Shown: piece after piece, positions 1-18,443 of the stretch
Layout: the number at the start of each line of letters is the position of its first letter
Position numbering within the stretch: the first letter of the stretch is position 1
Assembly (NCBI RefSeq): GCF_009914755.1
Contig: NC_060935.1
Strand: one strand, 5' to 3'
DNA from: the human T2T-CHM13v2.0 reference genome, Homo sapiens
Length of the DNA stretch: 64,000 nucleotides
Translations under genes and position numbers: made by a program
Notes under the pieces: model-generated
The model's input: the letters and a program-made list of their open reading frames with translations, nothing else
What the model was told of the DNA's origin: nothing
Database searches by the model: none

Positions 1-339
1 GCAAGATTCCATGGTGCCCCCTTCTTCCACCTGGATCCAAGACAATGTCTCTAGAAATGTAGTTTATCTCATTACACACCTGAATGCCACTCAGTTCTTG
101 TAGCCGATAGAAGGGACCATGTTTCCTTCCATTACCATCTGGCCACCTGCTATGCTTCACAGTAATGCCTCCTAAAAATACTCTTCTCCAGGATCCCCTG
201 TGAATTTAACAGAATGAAGAAAAAAATCAAAGTTAGTCTGCTCAGATTGGCTTTCCATCAACGGATACTTTTTTGATGTGCAATCGAGTAGGAAAGCAGA
301 AGTCTTAGAGACAGACAGATTTGGATTAAAATAATGACA

Positions 340-560
340 ATTTTTTATTATACCTAATATGTATTATTACCATGTGCTGGCCACTGTTTGATTCACTTTT
401 TGTAGATTTCCTCATTTAATCTTCTCAATAACCCTCTGAATTAAGCAACATTATTATCCCCATTTTATAGATAAGAAAACTGAGACATAAGTGACTTGGC
501 CAATATCATTCAGCAAGAAAACAGCAGAGTAGGTCTGACTCCACAACCAAGCGTGCAATC
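340..560 (-). mobile_element. MIR SINE
   Basis: MIR core in reverse: attatccccattttatagataagaaaactgagac. Confidence 0.75.
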
Positions 561-914
561 CCTCTGCAAAACCGCCTCTGATTAAATAGCTGTGCCTTCC
601 CCATCTCTCAGATCCTTGGTTCAGACGGCCTTAGGCATGAAGCAACTCGACTGGCAGAAAAGGGAAGAAAGATACTTCTCGAGAGGACAAGGGGATGGGA
701 AACACAGTCTGGACATCTTGAGGACAGTCAAATAACATGAAGCACATGAACAGATCTGGGAAGCCACTGGTATTCAGGGAGAGCCTATGAGGCAGCAGAG
801 AGTCCCCCAAATGACACAGTCCCAGCATCATGGCTCCATGGCTCTGGGCACTAACAAGGGTCAGACAGAGTGGCAAGTTGTCAGAAATTCAGGAATGGCT
901 GCAATCCCAGCATA

Positions 915-1240
915 AGTAGATAGGTAGATAGGTCACAGACAGATAGATACATCCATACATCCATACATCCATCCATACACACATACATAGATGATAAAGA
1001 CATAGACAGACTAGTGATAGATAAATAGATTAGTTAGATGGAACATAGATAATAGATGAGAGATTAGATAGGTGATAGATACATAGATAGATGGAAGATA
1101 GATAAGATAGATGATTGATAGATAATAGTAGATAATTGATAGATGATAGATAGAAGATAGTAGATAATAGATGAGAGAAATTAGATAAGTGATAGAGATA
1201 AATATATAGATAGATGGAAGATAGTAGATACATATAAATG
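915..1240. repeat. degenerate (TAGA/GATA)n tetranucleotide repeat with (CATC/CATA)n block
   Basis: Directly visible gatagatag... tract. Confidence 0.9.
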
Positions 1241-1835
1241 ATATTGGACCAGAATGATCTATCAGATGCTTAGCCACAGAGACAGAACAATCTATGTAAA
1301 GGTAGGCACATAGATGACATGGGCTGGTACAGTATTAAGTATTACCAGGCACTAGACACCTGGCAGACAGTGGGCTGAGGCAGCTGATACACTCGCTTAC
1401 CTGGTCAGATGGCCTCTAAACTTGGACTGGGCTGAACCTCCTGATGGGTGCATGGATGACTCCAGCCAACGAGCTTTAGATAATGTGAGATTCCACCTTC
1501 CTGCCCCTTCCCACTTCTGTGCATAGCATTGTGGGGATTCCAATCACTTCTCTGATCATATAGATCATCACTACTGTCATTATCAGCATTTATTGAGCTT
1601 TTATTTTCTAGCAGGCATGGTTTGAAATGCCTCACATCTGATTCCTCATTAAACTATCACAATGGGCATGTGCAGTCAAATGCCATTTTAGGGTCTTGGG
1701 TTGCAAATGGCAAACACATCACCTTCCTTCACTATCTATCTCTTTCCTTACCACAGCCTCCATAGAAGCCACTTTTCAGACAGAAAAGGTAAAAAAAAGT
1801 CTCAACCTCTTTGGACTTTAAGAAAGTGAGAAATA

Positions 1836-2175
<340 letters not shown>

Positions 2176-2899
2176 CTAATGACTCAGGGTTAATTTGTTA
2201 TTGCATCTTTGCCTGACTAATCCACCACTATCACATAGGTTTGCTGTGAGAATTGAGTTAATACATGCAAAAGATATAAACCTCACCTAATATGTACTCT
2301 CTTGCCTAATATGTGAGCACTCCATAAATATTGCCTGCTATTGCTCCATATAATCTTGCCCAATATGTAGTAAGCACTCCATAAATGCCAGCTGCTGTTA
2401 ATATCATTCTTGGAAGACTGGATATAGACACAGATCCCCAAAGGGCTTAAGACCTTACCGTTGTTGACTTTTATTGCACCAAAATGAATATCCCCTGAGC
2501 TCCTGTTCATAACAGCATAGAGCTGGGGCTGAAAGTGCGTTGTATTTGCAAAGGGTTTTATTCATTTCTTTAAGAATTACATAACAATCGCAGATTCTTG
2601 GAGCTGGAAAGGATCTTAAAGGTCATCTTGCCTATCCCCCACCTAAGGCTTAACTCCCTTCTACCCTCTCCTTTACCCTCATCTGAACACCTTATCTTGA
2701 GCCTACTCGAGAGCTCTTGCTCTGGGAAAGTTCTTCCTTATGCTTGCCTGGATCTATTGCCAGCCCCCACATGGGCCAGTACACCTGCCCAGCACATCCA
2801 TCTTCAGTCCACCCACTGGCCACAAACACATTGGCCCATTCATCTAATTCATTCAGCAAACAGGCAATGAACTCCTACCTCATGCCTGGCTTATTGCTT

Positions 2900-3060
2900 A
2901 CTGTGACCTCAGGCAAATTACCTACCCTCTCTGAGCTTCCAATGCCTCATCTGTAAAATCACTGTAATGCTAGCACCTAATTCCCAGAGTTGTTGTCAGA
3001 TTAAATGAGGCAGCATACACAGGGCATGTATCACAGATCCTGGCACATAGTGAGTGTCCA
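2900..3060 (+). mobile_element. MIR SINE
   Basis: ctgtgacctcaggcaaatt...cctcatctgtaaaat...cctggcacatag. Confidence 0.75.
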
Positions 3061-4494
3061 GGAAAGATTACTCTTCCTTGTTACCTTTGTTGTGGTTTCA
3101 GTGTATTGGAAAAAATAGAAGTTGAGTCAGTATTTGCAAGTCTGATAAGTACTGTGAAAGAGGAAGTATAGAGTGCTACAGAAACACTGAATGAATTTGA
3201 ATTGGGTTTAATGGTTCCATATGAAGAGACCTCTTTCCCAATATGGGGACATGCAGTTGGTTATCAGGGGGCCCTCAGAAAGGCCTGGAAAACCAAGCTG
3301 AGAAAGCCACAGTAGCAAGGCTATTGGCTGTTCCTGGGGATGGCATCAGAACAAGGTTGGTGGCATCAGAAACAAGAGAATGAGGGCCACTCAAGATGCA
3401 CTGCAAAGGGGGACCCGGGAACAGGATGTGATGGAGCCCAGAACCTGCTTTCATGTGGCATGGAGCAGTCCTGGCAGCTTAAAGGAATTGGTCGGGAGGA
3501 CTGTAATAGATAGAAAACAGACTAGGCAGAAAAGCCTTACGTCACCTTAGAGCTGCCTAACAAGGCAGTCGGCACAGCCCAGGGATGCAGGACAACAGGA
3601 AAGATAAATTCCAGGCCCCCGGGTGCTGTATGCAAACTAAATTCCGGCTTCTGAACCAAAGCCTTCAGGTCAACAGAGGAGACAGTCTAGGGTGGGGCAT
3701 GGGTGGGGAACAGAAGGAACCACTGAAGCCCCCCTGCCACCCCCGCCTCCACCTCCTCATCACTACCCAGCCCCACTAGGCCAGACCCGCCAAATGAATT
3801 ACACATAGGGGGAGGTGATTGGCCCAGTCCCACCCAACACGCTTCCAGAGGCTGGTTTGTTATTCCTGTTGTTTTAGATGGTCATTTTCTTTGTGAGAAG
3901 AGCCCAGGAGGAAGGCTTTCTTCCCTCCCTATTCATGCTGCTTGCCTGCTGATTCATTGATTATCCTTCACATGTCCTGGCTGTAGCTGGGATGTAACCA
4001 CGGAGGGCAGGCAACCTGGGGTGGGTGGTGGCAGTTCCTTACTTGAGTCACAAAGGGTATCTTCCACCCCCACTTAATTGCCAATAAAATATAAAGCACA
4101 GGATGTCTCTGGGAAACAGCAAAGAATCCTGTTAAACCCTGTTTTAAAATAGGTTTTTTGTTTGTTTGTTTTTTCCTGTTTGAGTTTTTAATGATCAGGA
4201 GGAAAAGACTCTTTTTTGCTTTAGGGAGCTAAATTGTCAACTGGAGGTCCCTGCCCTCATCAGAAGCAGGAACCCTGAGTGGGTTAGGAGGGAAGCAGAG
4301 GAGTGGGCGTGATGGAGAAATTTTACCCATTGGGCCACATGAACTGGCACGACTTTCCAGGTGGCTGGCTCTCTCAACATTCAGGCACAAGGCCAGGCCC
4401 CAGTTAGTTAATTCCAGTGACAGACGCTGTCAGTCCCCATCAGGTAACCAGCATGGCTTGGTGCCTCCACCAAGTAGGGGTCATAGGAAAAACC

Positions 4495-4710
4495 GTGACC
4501 TGAGTTTGATTCCCAGTTCCGTGCTATACATTCTGTGCGACTTTCAGCAAGTCATACCACCTTGCTGAGCCTCAGTTTTCTCATCTGCAAAATGGAGCCA
4601 GTAATAATGACCTAATAGGATTCCAGGAGAAGATTAAGTAAGATGAACACCTACAAAAAGACCAACACAGTGCTGAGCCCATTGTAAGTACTCCAAACTA
4701 GCATCTATTA
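4495..4710 (+). mobile_element. MIR SINE
   Basis: gagcctcagttttctcatctgcaaaatgg core. Confidence 0.75.
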
Positions 4711-7022
4711 AAATCTCTAGCTATCATGAACATGTGCCTGGCTGTGGAAGGCTTGGAACTTCAAAGGGAAACAAGGGACCCAGGTGTGTGTCACTCTCTG
4801 GAGTGTGATGAACTCAGCTCCTAGAATTTTAGAGACTACTTCCTAGAAGAATGACAGAGACTCAGCTTTGCCTCTCTTCTTGTTATTGATTCCTTAGACT
4901 TGAGACTCCTCACTCAAATCACTTTCGTATTCCCTTTATCACAATATTGAAAGCTGGTAAGGATCCCCACAAAGGTGGGCTGCAAATTGGTGGTCCAGCA
5001 GATGCCCTCACTTCCTGAGGGAGCAGAGGATGTAAAGTGTGTGGTGTGGGTGCGGCTGGGCCCCTGTGAATATACTTTAAGACCCAGTGGAGAAAGCACA
5101 TAGCATCTCAGCTGACTTTTGCAGACAGAGCTAAATTGAGAGGTGTCACCTTCGCTGGCAAGGTCAGAGGACTCGTGTCTGCTAACCTGGAGAGGTGGGA
5201 ATTGCAGGCAGCAAACAAAATTGCACTGCCACTTGGAAATCTGCCAACTGCTACAATCAGGGTAAAAATAATTGGAAAAGTAAGTCAGGTGTCAATCAGG
5301 TGCTCTGGCAACATGTGGAGGTATGAAGCACTGCTATCTACTCCCTTTTCTTCCTGAGCCCCCTCCTGCCCTGGCCTTTAGGACATGGTTTCTACCCATC
5401 CCTGTCCCCTTTCCTGGCTTCTTATTCTTTTTCCATGCGGTAGGTCTTGGTCCTTGACACTATACTTCTCTGCTCTCATACTGCATTCCCTAGAGGATTC
5501 ACCCTTCTCAGGATTTGTCTCCCCCACCCAGCCCAGCTTCTCTGCTGATAACCACCAATCTAGAGCCTCCAACCCAGAGCCCTCCCTGCCCCAAGTTGCT
5601 AATGGCTCACATGTCCCCTTCTCTTCGATACTGTGGGACAAGCCACTCATTCACCACTTTACTCCGTCAACAAATATTTAGTGACTAGATACCACATACC
5701 AGGCACTGAGCTAGGTGCTAGGGATAGAGAAGTGAAACATGCTGCTGGAAATTCAATTGGAAAGGAAGAAAATTAAAAACATTAATTAAAATTAAATTTT
5801 TTATTAAAATTAAATTAATTAAAATTAAATTGTGAAAAAAATGTAGGAAGAATATAACACAGCTTAAAATGGACAAAATTGAGGCTGAGAGAGGGAAAAA
5901 AAAAACTATTTCTTATAAAGTAGGACCGCTCTTCATCCACGCTATTGAAGCCAAACCCGAAGGGTGGGCAAGACCTAGGTGTGGTAGGAGCATCATTCCA
6001 GAAAGATGGAATCACATGAGGAAGGCTCTCAACAATCTCTTTAAAAAATAACTTTATTTGTGTTGGGGATATTAAATGTAGGGTTCCCACTTTGTTATCA
6101 AGCAGAAGTTAAAAGCAGATAGTAGCACCATGGTAAAAGATATCTATCAGCCAGACATCTAAATAATTACTTAAATTGTCCTAACCCTGACATTTATCAC
6201 CAACCTTTCCCTTGGAGGTAGGTAAGTAGGAAAATAATCAGAAGAAAGTTATTTTGTAATTACCCAGCATGAATTATGATTCTGAGAGGCTATTTCCAGG
6301 GGTACTTTAGAGTAATTTAGTTCAGCATTATCAGAGTTTAATTTAGCATAACATTGTCGGTACAAAGAAACTCTGGAACCAGACTCACAAGAACAGGATT
6401 TTTATTCTGCCATTCCTAAGCCATCTGACTATGGATCCTAACCTCATGAAGCCTCGACTGCCATCTCTGTGATATGGGGATGATAATACCTGCTTTACTA
6501 ACTTCACAGGAGAGTTGGGAGAATCAGGGCAATAAGTGTAAAAATGTTTCATGAACTGTACATGGGAGGGACCATTATTCACGCCTTTAATGGAGGTTGA
6601 AGGATCACTTTTGGTTGCAACTGACAAAAACATATTCATAACTCAAATTGGTTTAAGGGAGAAAAAATTACTAGCTACAATAACTAGAAAATCAAGTTAA
6701 CTAGCTCTAGGTACAGTTTGATTCAATGGTTCAAATGACACCATCTGCATCCAGGTTTCTCACCATCTCTCACTCTCCTCTTCTCCATATTGTTTCCTTC
6801 TTAGGTTGCTCTAAAAACTATACCCTCCCAGGTTCAAATCTAGGAACACAAGAGAGAATGCCTCTCTCTAAACAATTCAAGGAAATTTCTGAGCCTGATT
6901 TTCACTGACTCTAATAGAGTTATGTGACCATCACTGCACTGACCACTGTGTCCAGGCAATAAGAAGCCTCAATGAGCCATGAATATGTCCCATGCCCAAC
7001 TCTCAAGTAAGAAGCACATGGA

Positions 7023-7366
<344 letters not shown>

Positions 7367-8075
7367 CTAGAGAAATTAAGAGAAAAATGAAAGGCAATTG
7401 GACAGCAAAAACAACAGATGTCCACTCCACCCCCATAGCTTAAATCCCTTCATGGAAAACTCCCAGATCGGTCTTCAGTGTCTCAGGATTAGCAGTAACT
7501 AAAGACAGATATGATTACGGACTCAAAAATGGTACATAACCCTGCTTAAGAATTACATCCTACATAAACTCAATATTGAGCCTCGAAGTTGAGCCTCACT
7601 ACTGAGTTCTTGAAGTCCAACCTCTTCTCAAGCAACTCATCTTTCCTTTCAGATTAGTTGCTTCTTCCCATCCCAGACAGTTCAATTAGGAGGAGGGAGC
7701 CTGTATTGTGAATTTCTTCTACTTCTGCAAGTCTTGGTTCCATCCATTAATCAACAGTTCTGTGTCTTTTCTGGCCCTGGCTTCTCTGCTCCTCCACAAC
7801 TTTTGTTTTTGTTTTTGCCTTTGTTTTCAGGTATCAGAGCATGTTAAAGATGCAGCGAACACATGCTTGGGAGATGTGGGAGGTCGTTGAGGGTGTCAGA
7901 GAGAGGGGAGGTGATGAGGAAAGCTTCACAAAGGGATTTGCAACTGAGCCTTAAGTAATGATTAGGAATTTTCTAGAACAAGAATGAAAGAAGGTCATTT
8001 CAGGCCTGAATCATTGGATCCAAAACTATTTTCATCTCATCTCTCTTTTGAAGAAAGAAAACTCTTTTCTCAACC

Positions 8076-8387
8076 CAGAAGTTGCAAACCAGTGGCCTGC
8101 AGATAGATCAGGCTGGCAGATGTGTTACACTTGGCCCACACAACATTTTGTAGAATTTTAAGTAGTTGCCAACATTTAAAAATGGTGAGATTTTTTTTAC
8201 ATAAGGATCCGGATTTCCAGCTGCTCTTGAAAACTCAGCTCTGACAGCCCTGGACCTAAGCTTCTACTGGGGCAACAATTGACTAAGTTGAGTAACACCT
8301 ACCCTCTGCAGGGCTGTATGACCTGCTGACCTTGCTCCTTGTTCTGTTTTCTGCCTGGCGCCTGTTGGCATTGAGTTGGTAACTCTG
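8076..8387 (+). mobile_element. hAT-Charlie MITE, MER102-like
   Basis: CAG...CTG termini, perfect 8-bp TSD TCTCAACC (8068-8075 / 8388-8395), internal gttgccaacatttaaaaat...ccggatttcc motif. Confidence 0.8.
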
Positions 8388-8739
8388 TCTCAACCCAAAC
8401 AACTAACCATTTATGTTTCAGACTAACTCCCATTATTATCATATTATAATACTATATTATATTTTATATATTATATTATTATATTATATAACAATCTAAT
8501 CTGTTGCTACTACTCCCTTGCTTTGAATCCCCAGTGATTCTCCAAATCAGCAGAACAAAGTCTAATGCAGACTGGGTTTACCTCAAACACTTCCCCTCTA
8601 TTTTACCTACCAACTCCCAAACCCCAAAACCCTCTATACTAAATGTTTGCCATTTCCTAATCCCATCCTTTCCCATGACTACATACTGTTAACATGTGCT
8701 ATCCCCTCCACTGGTCAAATTTCCCTGTGTCTTCAATGT

Positions 8740-9020
8740 CCAATTCAGAGGTCAGTGTAGATCTCCCTGGCTTGTCTGGGTAAAACTGTCCCTCCTTCCT
8801 CAGGGCTCCCATCCAGCACCGCGTTCCTACCTTGGTTCCAACACCTGCCATGTTTCTCTCTAATTATCTGTTTACGTGGCTGCCTCCTCCACACCCACCC
8901 CAGACTGAGATCCTTGAAAGCAAAAACCGTGACTGATTCATCTTTGTATATTCAGTGCCTTTCTGTATACCTTGGCAGATATCAGATACTCAATAAATTC
9001 TTGTTAAACGAATGAAGAAA
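8740..9020 (+). mobile_element. L2 LINE 3' end fragment
   Basis: gactgagatccttgaaagc...ctcaataaattcttgttaaacgaatgaa terminus. Confidence 0.65.
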
Positions 9021-12000
9021 GGAACAAACACACAGGGAACAAATTGGCATGTGTTCATGGAATGTCACACCTCAACAATTGTAATGAAAGGAATCATTCC
9101 CACTGAAGCTTTTCTGTCTACTCTAGCCACACAGAATTGTTCCCTTCTCTGAATCCTTGTAGAAAGAGTAGTTTATGACAGCTCCTGAGTGAGTTATTAG
9201 AGGAAGCTAATTAGAAGGAGGTCATATCCTTTGGATATTGACAGATATAGGATTACAGAGCAAAAAAAAAAAAAAAAAAAAAAAAACCTCAGTGCTAGTC
9301 TCTGACCTTTCTAGCCCCCGGCAGCTACAGGCACCAAAGCCTGTGGGGCTGCAGTTCAGGTCCCAACATCAACTCTAGTCCAGGCAGAGAGAAACTCCAT
9401 AGCTGAGACACCCCAGAGAGAAGTTCTAGGATAAGTTATTATTTTCTCACTCAGCTCCAGACACAATTGGTGCACTTGCAATTCCTTGAACATACCAAGC
9501 TCCCTCCCATCTCAGAGCCTTTGCACCTTCTATTCCCTCTGCCTGGAATTCTCTTCCCCTGTGTATCTACAGGACTCACTCCCTTACTTTATTCAGATCT
9601 CAGATCATATTTAACCTTAGTAGAAAAGCCTTCCCTGATCACCAATGTAAAACTGTAGAAGTGTATCCCACAGCTTGTTACCCTCTGTTCTTTACTCTGC
9701 TTGAAGGAGGAGCTAAAGGAATGAGGGCATTACGGACCAAAGAGAGCCAGGACTTGATGTCACCAGGACTCTACTCTCTTTCCTTTTCATCTCATATCCG
9801 TTTTTTGGTTTTGCTTGGCTCCTTTCTCTTCTACCAGTCAGGCTTTCTCTGTGTGAAAAAAAAAAAAAAAAAAAAAAGCCATGAGTCACAGCCTCCAAAC
9901 TCAACAACTAAAAGAGAAAGGAGTTTTCCCACCCATTCCAGTGAGAATAATCTCAGAAAAATCATCGGATTGGTCTAACTCAGGTCATAAGACTATCCCT
10001 AAGCCATTATCACAGTGAGAACATGTGTGTTCTTATTGATCAGGTCTGGGTCCTACCCCAGGATTGGCTTGGATAAGGCTTTTTCGGTTTGATTCATCTC
10101 TGAACCTATCACTGCAGCCAGAGGAGGACATGCTCACCTGCCCAGGCCTGCTCACATGCAGACTTGGAGCTGGGAGTGGAGCAAGTCCCAATTGAACTAT
10201 ATGGTTAAGAATCAGGGAGTGGAAAATCAAGGTGAAACGTACCTTCAAGACAGAGGAGACAAATGGGTACTGGACAGACAGGTGTATTCGCTACTTGATA
10301 ATGACTTTACAGTTCCCAAAGCACTTGCTCCCATCCTTCATTTATCTCCATTGAATTCTCACAGCAAGTTCTATGTGAATGCCCCAACGTTATTATCCTC
10401 AGGGAGATATTTCATTTATTAAACAACCCGTATAGTTTGGGCACTGGCCAAGCAAAAGGGACTCCAGCTGTGAACCACAGGGATGAACACCCTGGTTAAC
10501 AGCAGTAGAACAACAGCCTCATCACACCCATTTCACAGGTGAAGATGCTGAAGCCAGGAGAGATGTTTAGACTTGTGCCCAGGTGCATAAAAAATGGGTA
10601 GGAAGAACTTGAGACCCTTGATGCCAAGTATAGGCCCCTTTCCAATGTCCTAAACTATCCCTCTGTCCACACCCATCAGGGAAGTGAAGTGAGGCAGGAT
10701 GGAGGGAACCAGAGGAGAGTTGCTATTATGATCCCAACCACGTGGAGAAAGAAGCCAGCATGCTGTAGCTTGCAAGGAGGCTGCTTAGTCGGTGCCACAA
10801 AAACCTGGAAAGCAGTGCCTGCCAGACGGCAGGGACAAGGAGCAGCCAATGAGATGGGAGTTTGCAGCCAGGATGGCAGATGCCAGGAAGGCTGCAGCTA
10901 TTCTAGGATGCAGGCAGTGACTGCTCCATTACCCCAGCCCTCCCAGTCCCCATTTCCCTAGGGTATTGGGGAGATCTCCATCCTCTCTCCAGCTCCTTAT
11001 TGATGTAGGGTCCGAAAGCTGAGACTTTAGAGTCAGGCAGTCAGGCCAAAGGGATTCAGCCCCTTAAAGAAAATGGTGAACTATCATCTCAAAACATGGA
11101 ACATGCTTAGTCACTGTCCTGAATACAACTCTACAGTCACCCAACCTATTCAGAATTCATCTGGTCCAAATGCCCCATGCTATTAGATGCAGAAACTGAG
11201 GCCAAGGGAGAGGATATGATTCGCTCCACGGCCCCACAGCATATTTGAAGGATAGCTGGGCATTGCCAGATTTCTCAGTTCAGGACTCCTTCCCCTGGGG
11301 ATTGAGAGGCAGGCTGAGTCTCATTTGGGATCATGATCCTTCTATTTCATGGGGCTGTTGGAGCTTGGCCTTCCATGGCTAGATCAACTCTTGACCTTTA
11401 TGCCTCACATTCTCCCAGTAAAGGCCATGTTGTAGCTGCAGGTGTGGATTCCTGCTACAACCCCTCTTCTCTGCCCTCATGTGCTCCACTGAGGACTATA
11501 CAATGCACCCTCAGGCCCCACTCTCTATTCTGGATTCAGAGCCTGAACCAGCCCAAAGCACCCAGCCTTCACTTCTCCATCACGGTGTAGTTCCTCTCAG
11601 CTCTCCATACCAAAAGCATCTGTTGGGCAAAAACATCTTGGCCCAAAGTCCCTCCTGGAGTAAGGGAAAAACAAAAGAATAATAAGAAAGAAATTTCTCT
11701 TTTTCTGCTCCTGACAAGTACTAACCTTTCCATTGCCCCTACATTCTCAGCCTGGCTGGACAACAAAGAGTGTTTCACACAGGTCTGTCATGCCTTCAAT
11801 GTACAGCTTTGTGGTTAGGGGCACAAACTCTGGATATACCAGACAGTCCAGAGTTAGAATCCGCCTCTGCCATTGACTAGGTATGTGACCTGGAAACACC
11901 TTCTTTCCCCTGCCTGTTTTCTCATCTGTGAAATGGTGTCACCTCAAAGGGTTGGGAGACTTGAATGACATAAAGGATTTGGCTCTGTGCCTAGGATAGT

Positions 12001-12831
12001 CAGTGCTTGATGCTTTTTTTAGCAGTAGGAAGCTGTTAATTGCCACATGTTGTGGGATGAAGGGGATGTCACTACAGCCACCACTACCTTTCCTGCTCCT
12101 TTCAGTCCCTCTCAAGCTCTGGTTCTGCCAAAGCCTTCCCTGATTACTCTCATCTCTCCATCAGTCTTTCTTTCCAGAACCTGTACACCTCCATTTCCCA
12201 TCCAGCTTAGTTCTGAATTAAATTCCATGTCTAATAGTTCTGATTTGGTGTTGTCCTTGTCCCCACCTAAAACCATAAACTCTCATCAGACAAGACCAAT
12301 GGGTTTTCTTCTACCCCTGGCAGTGCAAAGTCCAGGACCAGGCAGGTGGGGGGTGCTGGAAAAGTTAGCAATTGAGTGATTGTACAGCCAATTTGTCACT
12401 TTCATGGGATCGGAGTGAGGCTATCTCAGAATCTTCTGTATCTACTTCATCTCTTGCTCTTTCCATTCTTTGATACTTTGACACATCCACATCCCAGAGC
12501 ACATCATGAGATCCTGGAGCCAGACCTAGAAACCTATTAAACAAGGGAACCCCAGCATGTCTCATTTATTACCCAAAGGAAGGAAATTAGCATCACATGT
12601 ATAAAGCACTCAGTAGTCTATAAAATGCTCTTAGCAATTCACTTCGTGAGGAAGTGCCTTTTCCCACTTCCACAGAGGGATACCGAGCCTCAAGGGATTA
12701 GGAGACTAATCCAGGTTCACACAGCTGATAAGGAACAGCCCAGACATTTTGGCCCAGTGCTGCTAGCCCTCAATCTGGTGCTTTGCCCTCTGCACCGCCT
12801 GCCATGCAGGGAATACATGTTAATATCTCTC

Positions 12832-13498
<667 letters not shown>

Positions 13499-13995
13499 CT
13501 CTCTTTCTTGGCCACAGGTGGACTTGAAAAACCCTTTCCCTTAACCAAGCAGGAGCCCCAGTAGCTGCTTTGTTCAACGTCTGTTTCTCTAAGGTCTCCT
13601 ACTCTGGAATATTTAGGAAAACCCAAGGTGGCTCAAAAAGATCATCCCTGTACCAAGCCTCAGGGATTCTAGTGTGACCCAACCTCTCCCAGTCCCTATA
13701 GGCATCTCTTTCAAACATCAGAACTGGTGCAGACTCAATAGAAGAAAGGTGTGACTCCAAGATGTCCTCCCTCACAGCCCTTTATCACAATGGGGCTCTC
13801 TTCACCGTAGAAGGGAAGGCTGAGGCTCAGAAATATGGTGTAGGCTTGGACTTTGGAAGGAGAATGACTAAGCTGAAGTTCTTCCTCTGCCATTTACAAG
13901 CTGTGTGACTTTGGAAAACTTTCTTAATGTTTTTGCTTTTAATTTCCTCATGTATAAAAGATGGGGTTGTCATACTTAGGTTTAAGACTATTGCA

Positions 13996-14273
<278 letters not shown>

Positions 14274-15435
14274 CTATTGCAAAGATTTTAAAAGATGGCA
14301 CAGGTACAACACTGAACACAGTGTTTCATGAGTGACAGTCATAAGCTTTTCTACCACCTAACTGTGTTACTTTTAGCAAACTACCTAATTTATCTCGGCC
14401 TCGGTTGTTTTGTGATTCTTTTCAAGGGAAAAAAAAAGCACCTCCCTTCATAAGCCTGCTATAAGAACAATATAAAATAGTTGACATAAAGCACTTAACC
14501 TCTTGCCTGTCACAGGAAAGGTGCTCAACACCTGTTAGCTCTGTGTTGATGTCCCCAGATCAGAGAGCCAGAAAAGGAGGGCTAAAGTTCCAACCAGGAT
14601 CTTCTGGTTCCAACCCAGCAGCACCTGAGCAAGGTTGATAATGGTAAAGAAAAGAAGAAATAAGCAATAGGGGCCTCACAAACACAGGCAGGAATAAATC
14701 ACTCCCATGTGGCAGTTTTCTGTGCCTGACCCAAGAGATAGGTGTTGCACCTTTATCCATGTGGACAGATAAGAAAGAGCAAAGGGCATAGGTCACAGAG
14801 GTGAGTATGACCTCATTGCAGTGCCAGGATATTTCCAGGCAATTGGCAAGACTTATTGACAATCATCCAATAAATAGGATAAATAGTTCTTACTTCCCAA
14901 GTGCCTGGGAAGAGAGCTTGCAGCTCTTTCCAATTCCTGCCTCTCATCTCTTCCTCCTCGGACACTGCAGCTCTCCGTTTCTGGAAAATCTCAGGGCAGA
15001 ATCTGGGCTCCTTCCCACTTTCCTCTGTCCAGAATTCTAAGGATGCCTGGGAGAATGCATCTGCCCTGAATGAATGGGTCAGAGGCATGATTCCAAGTGA
15101 CTGGCTGGTAATTGGAAGAGCTCAGTGGTCTGGCTGGGGAGATGAGAGCCTGCTAAGCACATCTGGCCAGCATCAGAATCACAAATTGAAGAGAGCTTGG
15201 AAGGACTCAGCCCCCACTGACATTCACAAAGGAAGGAAAATGTAGGGAGCCAGACAGAAAGGAGTGATGCTCTTCAAAGTCAACAGGCTTATAACAAACA
15301 CCATCTCATAGGTGAAAGTGGGAGCACAGAACAGGCACACTCAGCTAACACACAGCTTTCTGAGGGAGGTCATCCTCCACCAAATGAAAATAGCCCTGCT
15401 TTTTCATTTTTTAATTTTTATTAATTTTTAAATCA

Positions 15436-15672
<237 letters not shown>

Positions 15673-16087
15673 CTAATTAACATATCCATCATGCCACATC
15701 CTTAAATTTTTATGGTGAGAACATTTAAGATCTATCTCAGCAATTTTGAAGTGCATGCTATTGTCACCATGCTACACAATAGACATCCAGAATTTATTCA
15801 TCTTGTCTAGCTGAAACATTGTATCCTTTGACCAACATCTCCATACCTCTCCTGCATACCTCCCAGCCCCTGGTAACCATTATTCTCCTCTGCTGCTATG
15901 AGTTCGATTTGTTCGGATTCCACATATAAATAAGATCGTGCAATATATTTCTGTTTATGCCTGGCTTATTTCACTTAGCAAAATGTCCTCCAGTTTCATC
16001 CATGTTGTCACAAATGACAAGATCTCCTTCTTTTTTAAGACTGAATAGTATTCTATTGTGTACATGTACCACATTTTCTTTATCTGC

Positions 16088-18443
<2,356 letters not shown>

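Noticed and set aside
1011-1277. Hydrophobic I/Y/L/S-rich ORFs
   Set aside because: Translation of the (TAGA)n repeat.
2286-2390. Imperfect tandem duplication of about 54 bp
   Set aside because: Local slippage in a MIR tail; no sign of function.
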